Positions 43,655 through 53,136 of a stretch of DNA of 59,132 nucleotides are shown in pieces. The DNA comes from Candidatus Woesearchaeota archaeon. GTDB lineage: Archaea > Nanobdellota > Nanobdellia > Woesearchaeales > GW2011-AR4. The position numbers and the translations under genes were made by a program. Numbering within the stretch: the stretch's first letter is position 1; each line of letters starts with the position of its first letter. The notes under the pieces are model-generated. The model saw only the letters and a program-made list of their open reading frames with translations, did not search any database and was not told the origin of the DNA. The DNA lies in NCBI GenBank assembly GCA_023266475.1, contig JAHFQA010000001.1, positions 1 to 59,132 of the forward strand, in the 5' to 3' direction.

Positions 43655-44629
43655 ATGGTTGTAGCAACTATAGTACAAGCTGTCACAATGGGCTTGAGGC
43701 AGGAGCTTGCTAGAGACAAATCTGTCATTGTACTTGGAGAAGATGTTGGACTCAATGGTGGTGTGTTTAGGGCAACAGACGGGTTGCAGAAAGAATTTGG
43801 GCCGGAAAGGGTTATTGATACGCCTTTGGCTGAGCTTGGGATTGTTGGCGCATCAATAGGTCTTGCTGTAAACGGCATGCGTCCGGTTGCTGAAATCCAA
43901 TTCAGCGGATTTGTTTATAGTTCCTTTGACCAGCTGTTGTCGCATGCAGCTAGGATAAGAATGAGAAGCAGAGGAAGATTTACATGTCCGCTTGTATTAA
44001 GAGCGCCTTACGGAGCAGGAATAAGGGCATTGGAATTGCATTGCGAATCAGGCGAATCAATATTTTCCCATGTTCCCGGATTAAAAATGGTAGTTCCTTC
44101 AAATCCATATGACACAAAAGGGCTGCTTGCATCAGCAATTAGAGACCCTGATCCGGTAATATTTTACGAGCCAATGAGGATTTATCGTGCGATCAAGCAG
44201 GACATTCCTGATGAAGAATTTTTTGTGCCAATTGGCGAGGCAAATGTACTGCAAGAGGGTGATGATCTGACATTAATAGCATGGGGCGCAATGGTAAAGA
44301 CATGCCAGGATGCAATTGAAAAGCTAAACAACAAATACAGTGTCGAGTTGATTGATTTAAGAACCATTAATCCCTATGATGCAGAAACTGTCTCGAATTC
44401 TGTAAAGAAGACTGGAAGATGTGTCATCACGCATGAAGCAATTAGGACATGCGGTTTTGCAGCAGAATTAATTGCATCTATAAACGAAAAAGCCTTATTG
44501 AACTTGGAAGCTCCTGTTGTAAGGGTCACATCACCAGATGTTCCAATCCCGTTGGCAAAACTGGAAGGATATTTTTTGCCTGATTCCAACAGAATTTTGA
44601 AAGGGATTGAAAAGGTCATGAGTTTTTAG
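43655..44629 (+). CDS. 2-oxoacid dehydrogenase E1 beta subunit
   Basis: VIVLGEDVG..GGVFRAT..L...FG..RVIDTPLAE, a typical transketolase-like beta subunit. Confidence 0.9.
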   Translation: MVVATIVQAVTMGLRQELARDKSVIVLGEDVGLNGGVFRATDGLQKEFGPERVIDTPLAELGIVGASIGLAVNGMRPVAEIQFSGFVYSSFDQLLSHAARIRMRSRGRFTCPLVLRAPYGAGIRALELHCESGESIFSHVPGLKMVVPSNPYDTKGLLASAIRDPDPVIFYEPMRIYRAIKQDIPDEEFFVPIGEANVLQEGDDLTLIAWGAMVKTCQDAIEKLNNKYSVELIDLRTINPYDAETVSNSVKKTGRCVITHEAIRTCGFAAELIASINEKALLNLEAPVVRVTSPDVPIPLAKLEGYFLPDSNRILKGIEKVMSF

Positions 44630-44852
44630 AAGGAAATATTGTTTAAAAACTAAGAGATATTTAGAAATTTTAAATTTATGCAATAAACTATTAAGAACTA
44701 ATTTATTAAAATCAGATAAAGATTTGGTTTTATTGATTAAAACTCAATTAGAAAAAGATTGGAGAAAATATTTGTTAATAAAATTAAATAAACTTGTTAA
44801 GAAATATAATAAATAGTCAATCCGTTGCCTTTGACCTACAAAAAATACGCTC

Positions 44853-44884
44853 GCCGAAATTTTTATGGACAAGAAAATTTCGGC
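44853..44884. repeat. 11-bp-stem hairpin in the E1beta-E2 spacer
   Basis: GCCGAAATTTT (44853..44863) pairs perfectly with AAAATTTCGGC (44874..44884), with a 10-nt loop. Confidence 0.7.
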
Positions 44885-44913
44885 TCGGATTTATCGCAGT
44901 AAAAAATAATAAA

Positions 44914-44980
44914 TAGGCGAGGCTAAATCTAGTGGCAGACAGATTTTGCCGAGCGTAAAATCGTTGTGAGCGAAGCGAAC
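44914..44980. repeat. GC-rich intergenic repeat, copy C
   Basis: TAGGCGAGGC...GCCGAGCG...TTGTGAGCGAAGCGAAC lies in the 414-bp spacer inside the dehydrogenase cluster. Confidence 0.6.
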
Positions 44981-45043
44981 AGGTTTAAATAAGATATAAA
45001 TTCATTAAAATTTAATAAATAAAATAAAAAATCAACCAATAAA

Positions 45044-46330
45044 ATGCCATACGAATTCAAGTTTCCGGATGTTGGAGAGGGAATCCATGAAGGAGAAATT
45101 GTAAAGTGGTTTGTGAAGGAAGGCGACAAAATTAAAGCTGATGACCCGCTTGGTGAGATTGAGACTGACAAGGCAATAGTTGAAATGCCGTCGCCAAAAA
45201 GCGGAAAAATAATGAAGCTCCATGTGCATGCAGGTGGCATTATCCATGTCGGAGAAACGATGGTTACTATTCTTGAAGACCACGAGACAGAAGAAGACGC
45301 CAAAAAGCACATGGAAAAAAAGGCAGAGCAGAAAAACGATGTTCCTTATACAGGCTCTGTTGTTGGTTTTTTGGAAGAGGCAAAAGACATAAAGCCGATT
45401 CAGGCAACTGCAAAGCAGGAATCAAGCGCAAAATCCCAAGATGTTGGAATAACAGCAACTCCTGCTGTTAGAAACTTAGCAAAGCAACTAAAGGTTGATT
45501 TAGCGACTCTAATAGGAACAGGGCCTGGCGGAAGAATTACAATCGAAGATATTCAAAAGTCTGGTTCTGGAAAAAAAGAACCAACAGCTGCAGCAGGCAT
45601 CAAAGTAGTTAGAAAATATGACTTCTTTGGGTACATTGACAGGGTTCCTCTGCATGGCGTAAAGAAAGCTGTTGCATCCAAAATGACTGAATCAATATTC
45701 ACAGCAGCCCAGTTGACAAATATGCATGAAGCCGACGCAACTGATTTATATTCATTGAGAGAAAAGGAAAAAGCAAAATACGAAAAGGAAGGAATCAAGC
45801 TGACTTTTATGCCTTATATTGTGAAAGCAGTTGCTCTCTGCCTGAAAGATCACCCTAATCTTAATGCTTCCCTTGAAGGAGATGAAATTATTTTGAAAAA
45901 ATATTACAACATTGGCGTTGCTGTTGACTCGGATGAAGGGTTATTTGTTCCTGTTGTGAAAGGCGCCCAGGATAAAGACATCAAAACAATTGCAAAAGAA
46001 ATTGAAAAATTAGCTAACGACGTTAAAATAAGGAAAGCCAACATGATGGACTTGAAAGGCGGTTCATTTACTATAAGTAATTTAGGCGCTGTTGGCGTTG
46101 AATTCTTTACCCCAATAATTAATTATCCAGAAAGCGCAATACTTGGAGTTGGAAGAATTGTTGAAAAGCCAGTTGTAAGGAATGGGAAAATTGAAATAAG
46201 AAAAATATTGCCGTTATCTTTGACCTATGACCACAGGATTGTGGATGGAGCTCAGGCTGCAAGGTTCATGAATGATGTGATGAAAAGGCTTGAAAGCTGC
46301 AATTTTGAAGGAAGTTCTGAAAAGCATTGA
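45044..46330 (+). CDS. Dihydrolipoamide acyltransferase (E2)
   Basis: Lipoyl domain (EIETDKAIVEMPS), subunit-binding domain (ATPAVRNLAKQLKVDL) and catalytic SLTYDHRIVDGA. Confidence 0.9.
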   Translation: MPYEFKFPDVGEGIHEGEIVKWFVKEGDKIKADDPLGEIETDKAIVEMPSPKSGKIMKLHVHAGGIIHVGETMVTILEDHETEEDAKKHMEKKAEQKNDVPYTGSVVGFLEEAKDIKPIQATAKQESSAKSQDVGITATPAVRNLAKQLKVDLATLIGTGPGGRITIEDIQKSGSGKKEPTAAAGIKVVRKYDFFGYIDRVPLHGVKKAVASKMTESIFTAAQLTNMHEADATDLYSLREKEKAKYEKEGIKLTFMPYIVKAVALCLKDHPNLNASLEGDEIILKKYYNIGVAVDSDEGLFVPVVKGAQDKDIKTIAKEIEKLANDVKIRKANMMDLKGGSFTISNLGAVGVEFFTPIINYPESAILGVGRIVEKPVVRNGKIEIRKILPLSLTYDHRIVDGAQAARFMNDVMKRLESCNFEGSSEKH

Positions 46331-46336
46331 TTTAAT

Positions 46337-47098
46337 TTACCCGCCCCCCTCAACATAGCAAGCCCCTTTATGTCTCATTATAGAGCCATGTGGAGGAGAT
46401 ATCTTATTGTATCTTGCTTTTGCTAAATTAGTCGCACGCATCATTTCATATTTCGTTATTTCCTCTGCTTTGAAATCTTTGTTTTCAGTGAAATTCCTTT
46501 TCAATGCCTCATAAACTTTGCTTGGATCAATTTTTTTGTTCTGCACAATTGAAGTTACTCTTTCCTTAACCAAATCACTTGAAATATTCAAAACCATTGG
46601 CATAACTTCAAAATCAATATCATAAATAAGTGTGCCGTGCTGCAGATAGATTCCTTTGTCCATTGCTTTTGCAGCGTTTCCAGAAATCTTTTTGTTATCG
46701 ACCATAATATCATTTTTGTTTTCTAGAGCAGATTTTATACCCAAGTCCTTCAAAGTGTTGATTATGCTTGAGCAAATTTCTTTGTAAGCACTTCTTATGC
46801 TGTAGCCATAAATCCTGATTGGTGCTATAACACTATAAGTGAAATCATTTTTGTCGTGGAAAACAGCCCTACCGCCAGTCATTCTCCGGACAATCTCAAC
46901 ATTATTTTTCTTGCAGGCTTCCAAGTTTATATCGTTTATATTCTGATAAGCTCCTAATGAAACGGACTTGTTTTTCCATTTATAAAACCTGATTATTGGA
47001 TTTGACCTGCCAATGGCTACACTTTCATAAATAGCATGATCAACAGCCATGTTCATTTCTGCTGAATAGTGTTGCTGCTCAATTAAGCGCCATTTCAT
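46337..47098 (-). CDS. lplA: Lipoate-protein ligase A (catalytic domain type)
   Basis: RRMTGGRAVFHD and KKISGNAAK...LQHGTLIY motifs. Confidence 0.85.
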   Translation of the reverse strand: MKWRLIEQQHYSAEMNMAVDHAIYESVAIGRSNPIIRFYKWKNKSVSLGAYQNINDINLEACKKNNVEIVRRMTGGRAVFHDKNDFTYSVIAPIRIYGYSIRSAYKEICSSIINTLKDLGIKSALENKNDIMVDNKKISGNAAKAMDKGIYLQHGTLIYDIDFEVMPMVLNISSDLVKERVTSIVQNKKIDPSKVYEALKRNFTENKDFKAEEITKYEMMRATNLAKARYNKISPPHGSIMRHKGACYVEGGG

Positions 47099-47301
47099 AA
47101 AGAAAAAAGTATTTGGATATTTATTTAAAAGTTATTGTTTTGCTAAAATATCTAGTAATTTTCTTTGATATTCTGGCAGTCTTTTTAAGTCGCTGAATTT
47201 CTCAAAAACTGAAGTTTTATAATCAAAATCTAAATTTAATGCTTAGCAATTTATTTTCATATATCCTTAGGTTAGGAGTCTCTAATTTTTCTGGCAGAAA
47301 C

Positions 47302-47309
47302 TTTATAAA
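47302..47309 (+). promoter_or_regulatory. Archaeal TATA-box candidate
   Basis: TTTATAAA starts 30 nt upstream of the ATG at 47332. Confidence 0.45.
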
Positions 47310-47331
47310 CCTTTACTAAACTATTATTGGT

Positions 47332-47907
47332 ATGGTTGGCAACATCCCTAATTTTACAAAAATAGACATTTTAAGATGTTTTTTGAAGCTTGGCAAAAGC
47401 ACTGGCAGAAAAGACCTTGCTCATGAGCTTGGGCTCGGCGAAGGCACTGTAAGGACAATCCTTAATGTATTGAAATCAAAGAAGCTGCTTGATTCGACAA
47501 AAAAAGGCCATTTCTTGAGCAAGAAGGGAAATGAAATGCTAAACTACATTCTTGAGTTTATCAGCATTCCTAAATCAATTTCAATAAACAATATTTACCC
47601 TGAGTTCAAAAAAGTTGGAATTGTGGCAAAAGGAATTTCAAATTTAAAAGGTCTCTATAAGCTTCGCGATACAGCTGTTAAGAATGGTGCAGAAGGCGCA
47701 ATGATACTAAGGTACCACGGGAAGCTTTATGCCCTTGAATCAGAAATTGAGCATGACTTCAAGGAGCTTGAAAATTCTTTGGAGCTACATAATAATGACG
47801 TTGTTGTAATTGCATTTTCAAATGACAGCCGGCATTCAGAAATTGGGGCACTTGCAATTACAGCAGAGCTTAATGATTCGTTGAAAAAGTTTATAAACGA
47901 AATGTAA
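47332..47907 (+). CDS. Winged-helix DNA-binding protein with uncharacterised C-terminal domain
   Basis: GRKDLAHELGLGEGTVRTILNVLKSKKLL is a wHTH. It lies 11 nt upstream of prs. Confidence 0.5.
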   Translation: MVGNIPNFTKIDILRCFLKLGKSTGRKDLAHELGLGEGTVRTILNVLKSKKLLDSTKKGHFLSKKGNEMLNYILEFISIPKSISINNIYPEFKKVGIVAKGISNLKGLYKLRDTAVKNGAEGAMILRYHGKLYALESEIEHDFKELENSLELHNNDVVVIAFSNDSRHSEIGALAITAELNDSLKKFINEM

Positions 47908-47918
47908 AAAGAGGAATT

Positions 47919-48797
47919 ATGCTAATTGTCAGCTGTTCGCATGGAACTCATTTAGGCAGTTCTATAGCAAAAATATTGAGGTGCAATCATTCTAAATTAT
48001 TTTTTAAAAAGTTTCCGGACGATGAAGTATACACTAGATTTAATGCAGATTTATTAAATAAGCAAGTTGTTTTGGTGCAGTCATTCTACAAAAATATTAA
48101 TGACTGTATCATTGAAGTTATTTTTGCCTCAAAAACAGCAAAGGAATTGGGTGCAAAGAAAATTGTGCTGGTTGCCCCTTATTTTCCTTACCTTAGGCAG
48201 GACAAGAGGTTTCACAAAGGCGAAGCAATAAGCCAGAAGATTATTGCTGGACTTATTGACAAATATTTTGATGGTGTCTATATAATGGACCCTCATTTGC
48301 ATCGGGAAAATAGATTGGAGCATCTTTTTAAGATTAAAGCTAAAAGATTGACGGCTAACGCATTAATTGCTGATTACATTAAAAAAAAGATAAAAAATCC
48401 TGCGATAATCGGCCCTGATGAGGAAAGCTACAAATGGGCACAAAATGTAGGTGAAATTCTTGGAGTTGAATCAAGGATTTTAGGAAAAAAAAGGTATTCA
48501 TCTTATCATGTTGAAATAATGTTGAATAAAAAAATCAAATTATCGAATAAGAATGTTGTAATTGTTGATGATATTGTAAGCACTGGAAACACAATTCTTG
48601 AAACCGTAAAGGTACTTAAAAAATTAGGAGCTACAAATATTTATTGTATCTGCGTGCACGGGATTTTTGTAAACGACGCGCTTAAAAAATTACAGAAAGC
48701 AGGCATAAATATTATTTCTACCAATACAATTCCAAGCAAGGTTGCAAAGATTGATGTAAGTGGAGTGATTGCTGAGGGTTTGAAACAAAATTTATAA
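47919..48797 (+). CDS. prs: Ribose-phosphate pyrophosphokinase
   Basis: PRPP-binding loop VVIVDDIVSTGNT and the YFPYLRQDKR motif. Confidence 0.9.
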   Translation: MLIVSCSHGTHLGSSIAKILRCNHSKLFFKKFPDDEVYTRFNADLLNKQVVLVQSFYKNINDCIIEVIFASKTAKELGAKKIVLVAPYFPYLRQDKRFHKGEAISQKIIAGLIDKYFDGVYIMDPHLHRENRLEHLFKIKAKRLTANALIADYIKKKIKNPAIIGPDEESYKWAQNVGEILGVESRILGKKRYSSYHVEIMLNKKIKLSNKNVVIVDDIVSTGNTILETVKVLKKLGATNIYCICVHGIFVNDALKKLQKAGINIISTNTIPSKVAKIDVSGVIAEGLKQNL

Positions 48798-48829
48798 TTA
48801 TTGAATTGATATTTATCAAGTAGGCTGAG

Positions 48830-50281
48830 CTAATACCCCTTCGCAAACAACGCCCAATATTTAGCCTCTGAGCCGCATTGAATGCATTTTCCTACTGCAG
48901 GCTTCTGCTCGAATGGAATGCACCTGCAAGTAGCCCCTTCTGATTTGTCTTTTATGTTGTCTTCGCACTCTGCTTGCCCGCAGAACATTGCCTTTGGCAT
49001 TTTCTTGTTTTTAAGTTCATTTAGAAAATCGTTGAAATTATGCACCTCAACAATGCTTTTAATTAAATATTCCTTTGCTTTCTGAAATAAGCTTTCTTGG
49101 ATGTTATTCAAAATGTCCTCAATTTTCTTTTCCAAGTCTTTTGTTTTGATTGTTTGCTTTTCATTTGTATCCCTTCTGACTAAAACCAATTGCTCAGCTT
49201 CCAAATCCTTTGGGCCAATCTCAATCCTTAAAGGGACTCCTTTCAGCTCCCATTCATTGAATTTCCAGCCAGGAGTATAACTATCCCTGTCATCAAGCTC
49301 AACAGCATAATTCTTTGCTTTAAGCTTCTTTACGATTTCTTTTGCTTTTGTAATGATTGCATCTTTATTATCCTTGAAAACAATTGGTACTACAACAATC
49401 TGGAGCGGAGCAATCTTAGGCGGCAAAACCAACCCCTTGTCATCTCCATGCGCCATGACAACTGCGCCAATTGTTCTTGTGCTCAGGCCCCATGACGTTT
49501 GCCAGGCATATTTCTCCTTTTCATCCTTGTCCAAAAACTTGATTTCAAAAGGCTTTGAGAAATTCTGGCCAAGCATGTGGGATGTGCCCATCTGCAGTGC
49601 TTTTCCGTCAGGCATGTATGCTTCCACTGCTGTTGTGTAATCAGCTCCTGCAAACTTTTCCTTGTCAGTTTTTTTGCCTGCAATTACCGGAATGGCCATA
49701 TAATTTTCAATCAAATCAACATACTCAAATAATTGCTGCATTACCTCTTTTTCAGCGTCCTCCTTTGTTGCATGTGCAGTATGCCCTTCCTGCCACAAAA
49801 ATTCTCTCGTCCTTAAAAATGGCTTTGCGTGCTTGAATTCCCACCTTACAACAGAATTCCATTGGTTAAGCAATAAGGGCAAATCCCTCCAGGACCTGAT
49901 CCATTTTGCATAGCTTTCATACATCACAGTCTCTGATGTCGGCCTTATCGCTAACCTTTCATTCAATTCAGTATCACCTGCTCTTGTGACCCATGCGACT
50001 TCAGGAGAGAATCCCTCTACATGCTCAGCTTCCTTTTTCAACAGGCTTTCAGGAATAAACATCGGAAAATAGCAGTTTTTATGCCCTGACCTTTTTATCT
50101 TGTCGTCAAAAATTTTCTGTATTTTTTCCCAGATTGCATAAGAATTTGGCTTGAAAATAATGCATCCAGAAACTAGACTGTAGTCAATCATGTCAGCTTT
50201 TAATACAACTTGGTTGTACCACTCGTTAAAATCTTCTGATTTCTTTGCAGTCAATCCAAGATTTTCTTCTTTTGATTCCAT
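48830..50281 (-). CDS. proS: Prolyl-tRNA synthetase, archaeal/eukaryal type
   Basis: Class II motifs (FRTREFLWQEGHTAH, GTSHMLGQNF), a C-terminal zinc-binding domain, and a terminal Tyr. Confidence 0.95.
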   Translation of the reverse strand: MESKEENLGLTAKKSEDFNEWYNQVVLKADMIDYSLVSGCIIFKPNSYAIWEKIQKIFDDKIKRSGHKNCYFPMFIPESLLKKEAEHVEGFSPEVAWVTRAGDTELNERLAIRPTSETVMYESYAKWIRSWRDLPLLLNQWNSVVRWEFKHAKPFLRTREFLWQEGHTAHATKEDAEKEVMQQLFEYVDLIENYMAIPVIAGKKTDKEKFAGADYTTAVEAYMPDGKALQMGTSHMLGQNFSKPFEIKFLDKDEKEKYAWQTSWGLSTRTIGAVVMAHGDDKGLVLPPKIAPLQIVVVPIVFKDNKDAIITKAKEIVKKLKAKNYAVELDDRDSYTPGWKFNEWELKGVPLRIEIGPKDLEAEQLVLVRRDTNEKQTIKTKDLEKKIEDILNNIQESLFQKAKEYLIKSIVEVHNFNDFLNELKNKKMPKAMFCGQAECEDNIKDKSEGATCRCIPFEQKPAVGKCIQCGSEAKYWALFAKGY

Positions 50282-50339
50282 TATAATCCAAGACTTTTGT
50301 ATTATATTTAAAGATTTTGATATTTTAATTTTTCATATT

Positions 50340-51602
50340 TTAAACAACAACTTTGCTTACACGAGGGCTTTTTGCTTCCCACGTTCTTAGCTCATTTCTT
50401 GATACAAGCAAAATTAAAGCGCCCATAAGCATCAAAATTCCATTAATCAGGACAGATGCTGCAGATCCTAATTTATGGGCAGTATAACCTATAAATAGTG
50501 CGGCAAATGGCTGTACTCCAAATACAACCATGATGAGGGCGCTTAAAACCCTTGCCCGCATATGCGATGGTGCAGTAACCTGTATCAACCCATTTGTCAC
50601 AGCAAACATTATTGGTATCAATAGTGCTGCGAGGAACAAGCACGCCATTGAAATATAAGAATTTCTTGATGTTGCGAAAATAATATACCAAAACCCGCTC
50701 CATAAAACAGAAATTACGCAAAGCAGTCCAAGTTTTTTTACTTTGTGAGTCATCGGTACAATTAAAGTTGAGCCCACAAGAGCCCCTGCTCCTGAAGCAC
50801 CCATAAGGAGTCCAAGCAGCTCAGCGTTGCCATGCAGGACATCAGTTGCAATTGCTGGCATGATCTGCATGGCTGAAAATGCAAAAAATGTCAGTATTAA
50901 TGTAAGTATCATTAAATCCATAATTATTGGATTATTTCTCACAAATCTCAAGCCATCCATGAAATCGCTCAACGGCTTTCCTTGATGTGGATGTATAACC
51001 TGGCTTGATTTTATCACCAGAAGGCTTGCAATTACCGCGATAAAGCTGATTCCATTTATCCAAAATGCCGGTGCAACTCCTAAGGCCCCAATAATCCAGC
51101 CAGCAAGTGCTGGGCCTGCCATCCTGCTGACCTGCACAATTGCGCCGTTTATCACAATAGCTTTCCTTACATTTTCCATGCCTGACAAATCGCCTATGAA
51201 CGCCGATTGAGCAGGAAAATCCAAAGTATTGACTAATCCCAGGAGAAAAGACAAAATATAGATTTGCCAAATCTGAATTAAATCAATCTGAACTAAAACT
51301 GCGAATAAAATCGCAAGAAACATTGCACTAACTTGAGTCCATATCAATAATCTTCTTCTGTTTATCCTGTCAGCCCATACACCAGCGTAAGGGCCAAAAA
51401 ATATGAAAGGAATAAATCCAAGCATCGCCACTATTCCCAGCTTTAATTCAGAATGGCTTAGCTGCCACACAACCCAGGATTGCGCAGTTGCCTGCATCCA
51501 AGTCCCAAGCATGGAAACAGCCTGGCCGCTTATGTAAATTCTGAAATCCCTTAATTTCAATGGGCTGTACCCTTCAATTAAAGTGTTTAGGGCTTTTTTC
51601 AT
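50340..51602 (-). CDS. MFS transporter (EntS/MFS_3-like)
   Basis: 12 predicted TM helices and the GVWADRINRRRLL loop motif. Confidence 0.85.
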   Translation of the reverse strand: MKKALNTLIEGYSPLKLRDFRIYISGQAVSMLGTWMQATAQSWVVWQLSHSELKLGIVAMLGFIPFIFFGPYAGVWADRINRRRLLIWTQVSAMFLAILFAVLVQIDLIQIWQIYILSFLLGLVNTLDFPAQSAFIGDLSGMENVRKAIVINGAIVQVSRMAGPALAGWIIGALGVAPAFWINGISFIAVIASLLVIKSSQVIHPHQGKPLSDFMDGLRFVRNNPIIMDLMILTLILTFFAFSAMQIMPAIATDVLHGNAELLGLLMGASGAGALVGSTLIVPMTHKVKKLGLLCVISVLWSGFWYIIFATSRNSYISMACLFLAALLIPIMFAVTNGLIQVTAPSHMRARVLSALIMVVFGVQPFAALFIGYTAHKLGSAASVLINGILMLMGALILLVSRNELRTWEAKSPRVSKVVV

Positions 51603-51661
51603 ATTTTTTTGACGAATTTAAATGTATTTAAGAAATTATCTGTTGTTGCTTAATTTTATAG

Positions 51662-51778
51662 TGGGGCTGCGGAGAAATGCGTGCGGAAAAAAGATTTTTC
51701 CAGCAATTCGAACTCCGGCCACGAGGCTTTTCGTTGCTAACCCGAACCTCGGATTCTACCAAGCTATACTACAGCCCC
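51662..51778 (-). tRNA. tRNA-Pro (anticodon CGG) with two introns: 13 nt after position 37 (51728..51740) and about 31 nt in the T-loop region (about 51675..51705)
   Basis: Acceptor stem GGGGCTG/CAGCCCC (7 bp) plus discriminator A. Anticodon stem CGAGG/CCTCG with loop TT-CGG-G. T arm CGGAG-TTCGAAT...CTCCG is interrupted by 31 nt that contain their own hairpin (GGAAAAA-TCT-TTTTTCC). The mature length sums to 73 nt. The D stem is weak (two G-U pairs and one mismatch). Confidence 0.7.
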
Positions 51779-51843
51779 TCTGAAAAAATTTAGAGAAATC
51801 TTCAAAGTTTAAAAGCATTATTAATTTTGTGCAAATAACATTA

Positions 51844-52431
51844 TTAGCCCAATAAGGGCCTTATAATTCCTAATATCCCTTTGGTTATGAACTCAATCGC
51901 AATTGCCGCAAGAATTATGCCCATGACTCGGGATATTATATTTGTCCAATGCTCGCCAAGAAATTTATATAATTTTGCAGAATTGAATAGAATTAGCCAT
52001 GTTGATATTAGCGTTAAAATTGCGGCAATAAATGTTGTCAACGTTCCGTATTCCTTCACCAATATTATTGTTGTTGTGATTACTCCGGGCCCTGTAAGCA
52101 GCGGAGTTCCTATAGGCACGCTTACATCAGCGCTGTGCATTTTTGCCAAATCAGCAGGATTTCCAATTACGTAAAAAATACTTAGTATCAGCAGAATAAT
52201 GCCGCCTGCAATCTGGAAGCTGTCTAAATTAATATGGAATATTTCAAACATATCCAGTCCAATAAACAAAAATATAAACAAGAGCACAGCAGCCACGGTG
52301 ATTGAGCTATTCACATTTTTTTCCACTTCCTTTGCCGGCATCCCTTTTGTAAGGCTTATGAATAATGGAATGTTGCCAATGGGATCCATTATAACAAACA
52401 AAGTTATGAATGCCTCAAGTAATTCAGCCAT
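51844..52431 (-). CDS. MarC-family (UPF0056) membrane protein
   Basis: FVIMDPIGNIPLFISLT at the N-terminus and six TM helices. Confidence 0.85.
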   Translation of the reverse strand: MAELLEAFITLFVIMDPIGNIPLFISLTKGMPAKEVEKNVNSSITVAAVLLFIFLFIGLDMFEIFHINLDSFQIAGGIILLILSIFYVIGNPADLAKMHSADVSVPIGTPLLTGPGVITTTIILVKEYGTLTTFIAAILTLISTWLILFNSAKLYKFLGEHWTNIISRVMGIILAAIAIEFITKGILGIIRPLLG

Positions 52432-52458
52432 TTTACGTATCAGATTTTTTAATTGATT

Positions 52459-52653
52459 TTATTTGTTAGTTTTTTTCTTTTTTGCTTCTATTGGTTTCTT
52501 AAATCCACAAAATATGTTGTCAAAGCTCACTATGGCAAATAACACTGCAACAATTAATAATATTCTATTATTTGACACGAGTGAATAAGCTGAAAAAATT
52601 ATCCCAACAATTGTTAAAATTGTGTAAATAATCGCCCTATTATAAGGATTCAT
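52459..52653 (-). CDS. Small two-TM membrane protein
   Basis: A 64-aa hydrophobic ORF with a K-rich tail. It is the last gene of a tightly packed minus-strand array. Confidence 0.4.
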   Translation of the reverse strand: MNPYNRAIIYTILTIVGIIFSAYSLVSNNRILLIVAVLFAIVSFDNIFCGFKKPIEAKKKKTNK

Positions 52654-52697
52654 TTATTTTGTAAATCTTCTTTATTTTTTGAATTTTTATTTTTCAT

Positions 52698-53123
52698 TTA
52701 GTATTTTGCCAATGGATTTTTTCTTTCCCGTTTAGGAAGCAAAATAAAAAGAGAAATTCCAGCAATTATTATTGTGTACATAATTGAATACCTGACTATA
52801 TTGGAAGCGTCCACTGCCTTGTAAGCGTAAAAGATTAGGCTTACCATTCCTGCAAAATATAATACGGAAGCCAACGCATGATATCCCATTTTCTCGCTGT
52901 GAAAGTAAACTGTTGATATTAGGAAAAATGAGCCAATTGTAATGAACAGAAAAACTACTACAATATTCATGTATCTTATGCTCTCAAAATGAATGGTAGA
53001 GTAGATTGACATGTACATTGTGAACAAGTATGATGCCAGAATAGAAACATAGTAGAACCAGTGCGGGATATTATCTAGATAAGCCTCTTTTTTGCCTGCC
53101 ATCCTGAAAATTCCAATACTCAA
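52698..53123 (-). CDS. Four-TM membrane protein
   Basis: 141 aa with four hydrophobic helices. It starts 13 nt after the protease gene. Confidence 0.5.
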   Translation of the reverse strand: MSIGIFRMAGKKEAYLDNIPHWFYYVSILASYLFTMYMSIYSTIHFESIRYMNIVVVFLFITIGSFFLISTVYFHSEKMGYHALASVLYFAGMVSLIFYAYKAVDASNIVRYSIMYTIIIAGISLFILLPKRERKNPLAKY

Positions 53124-53136
53124 TTAATATTTAAAT

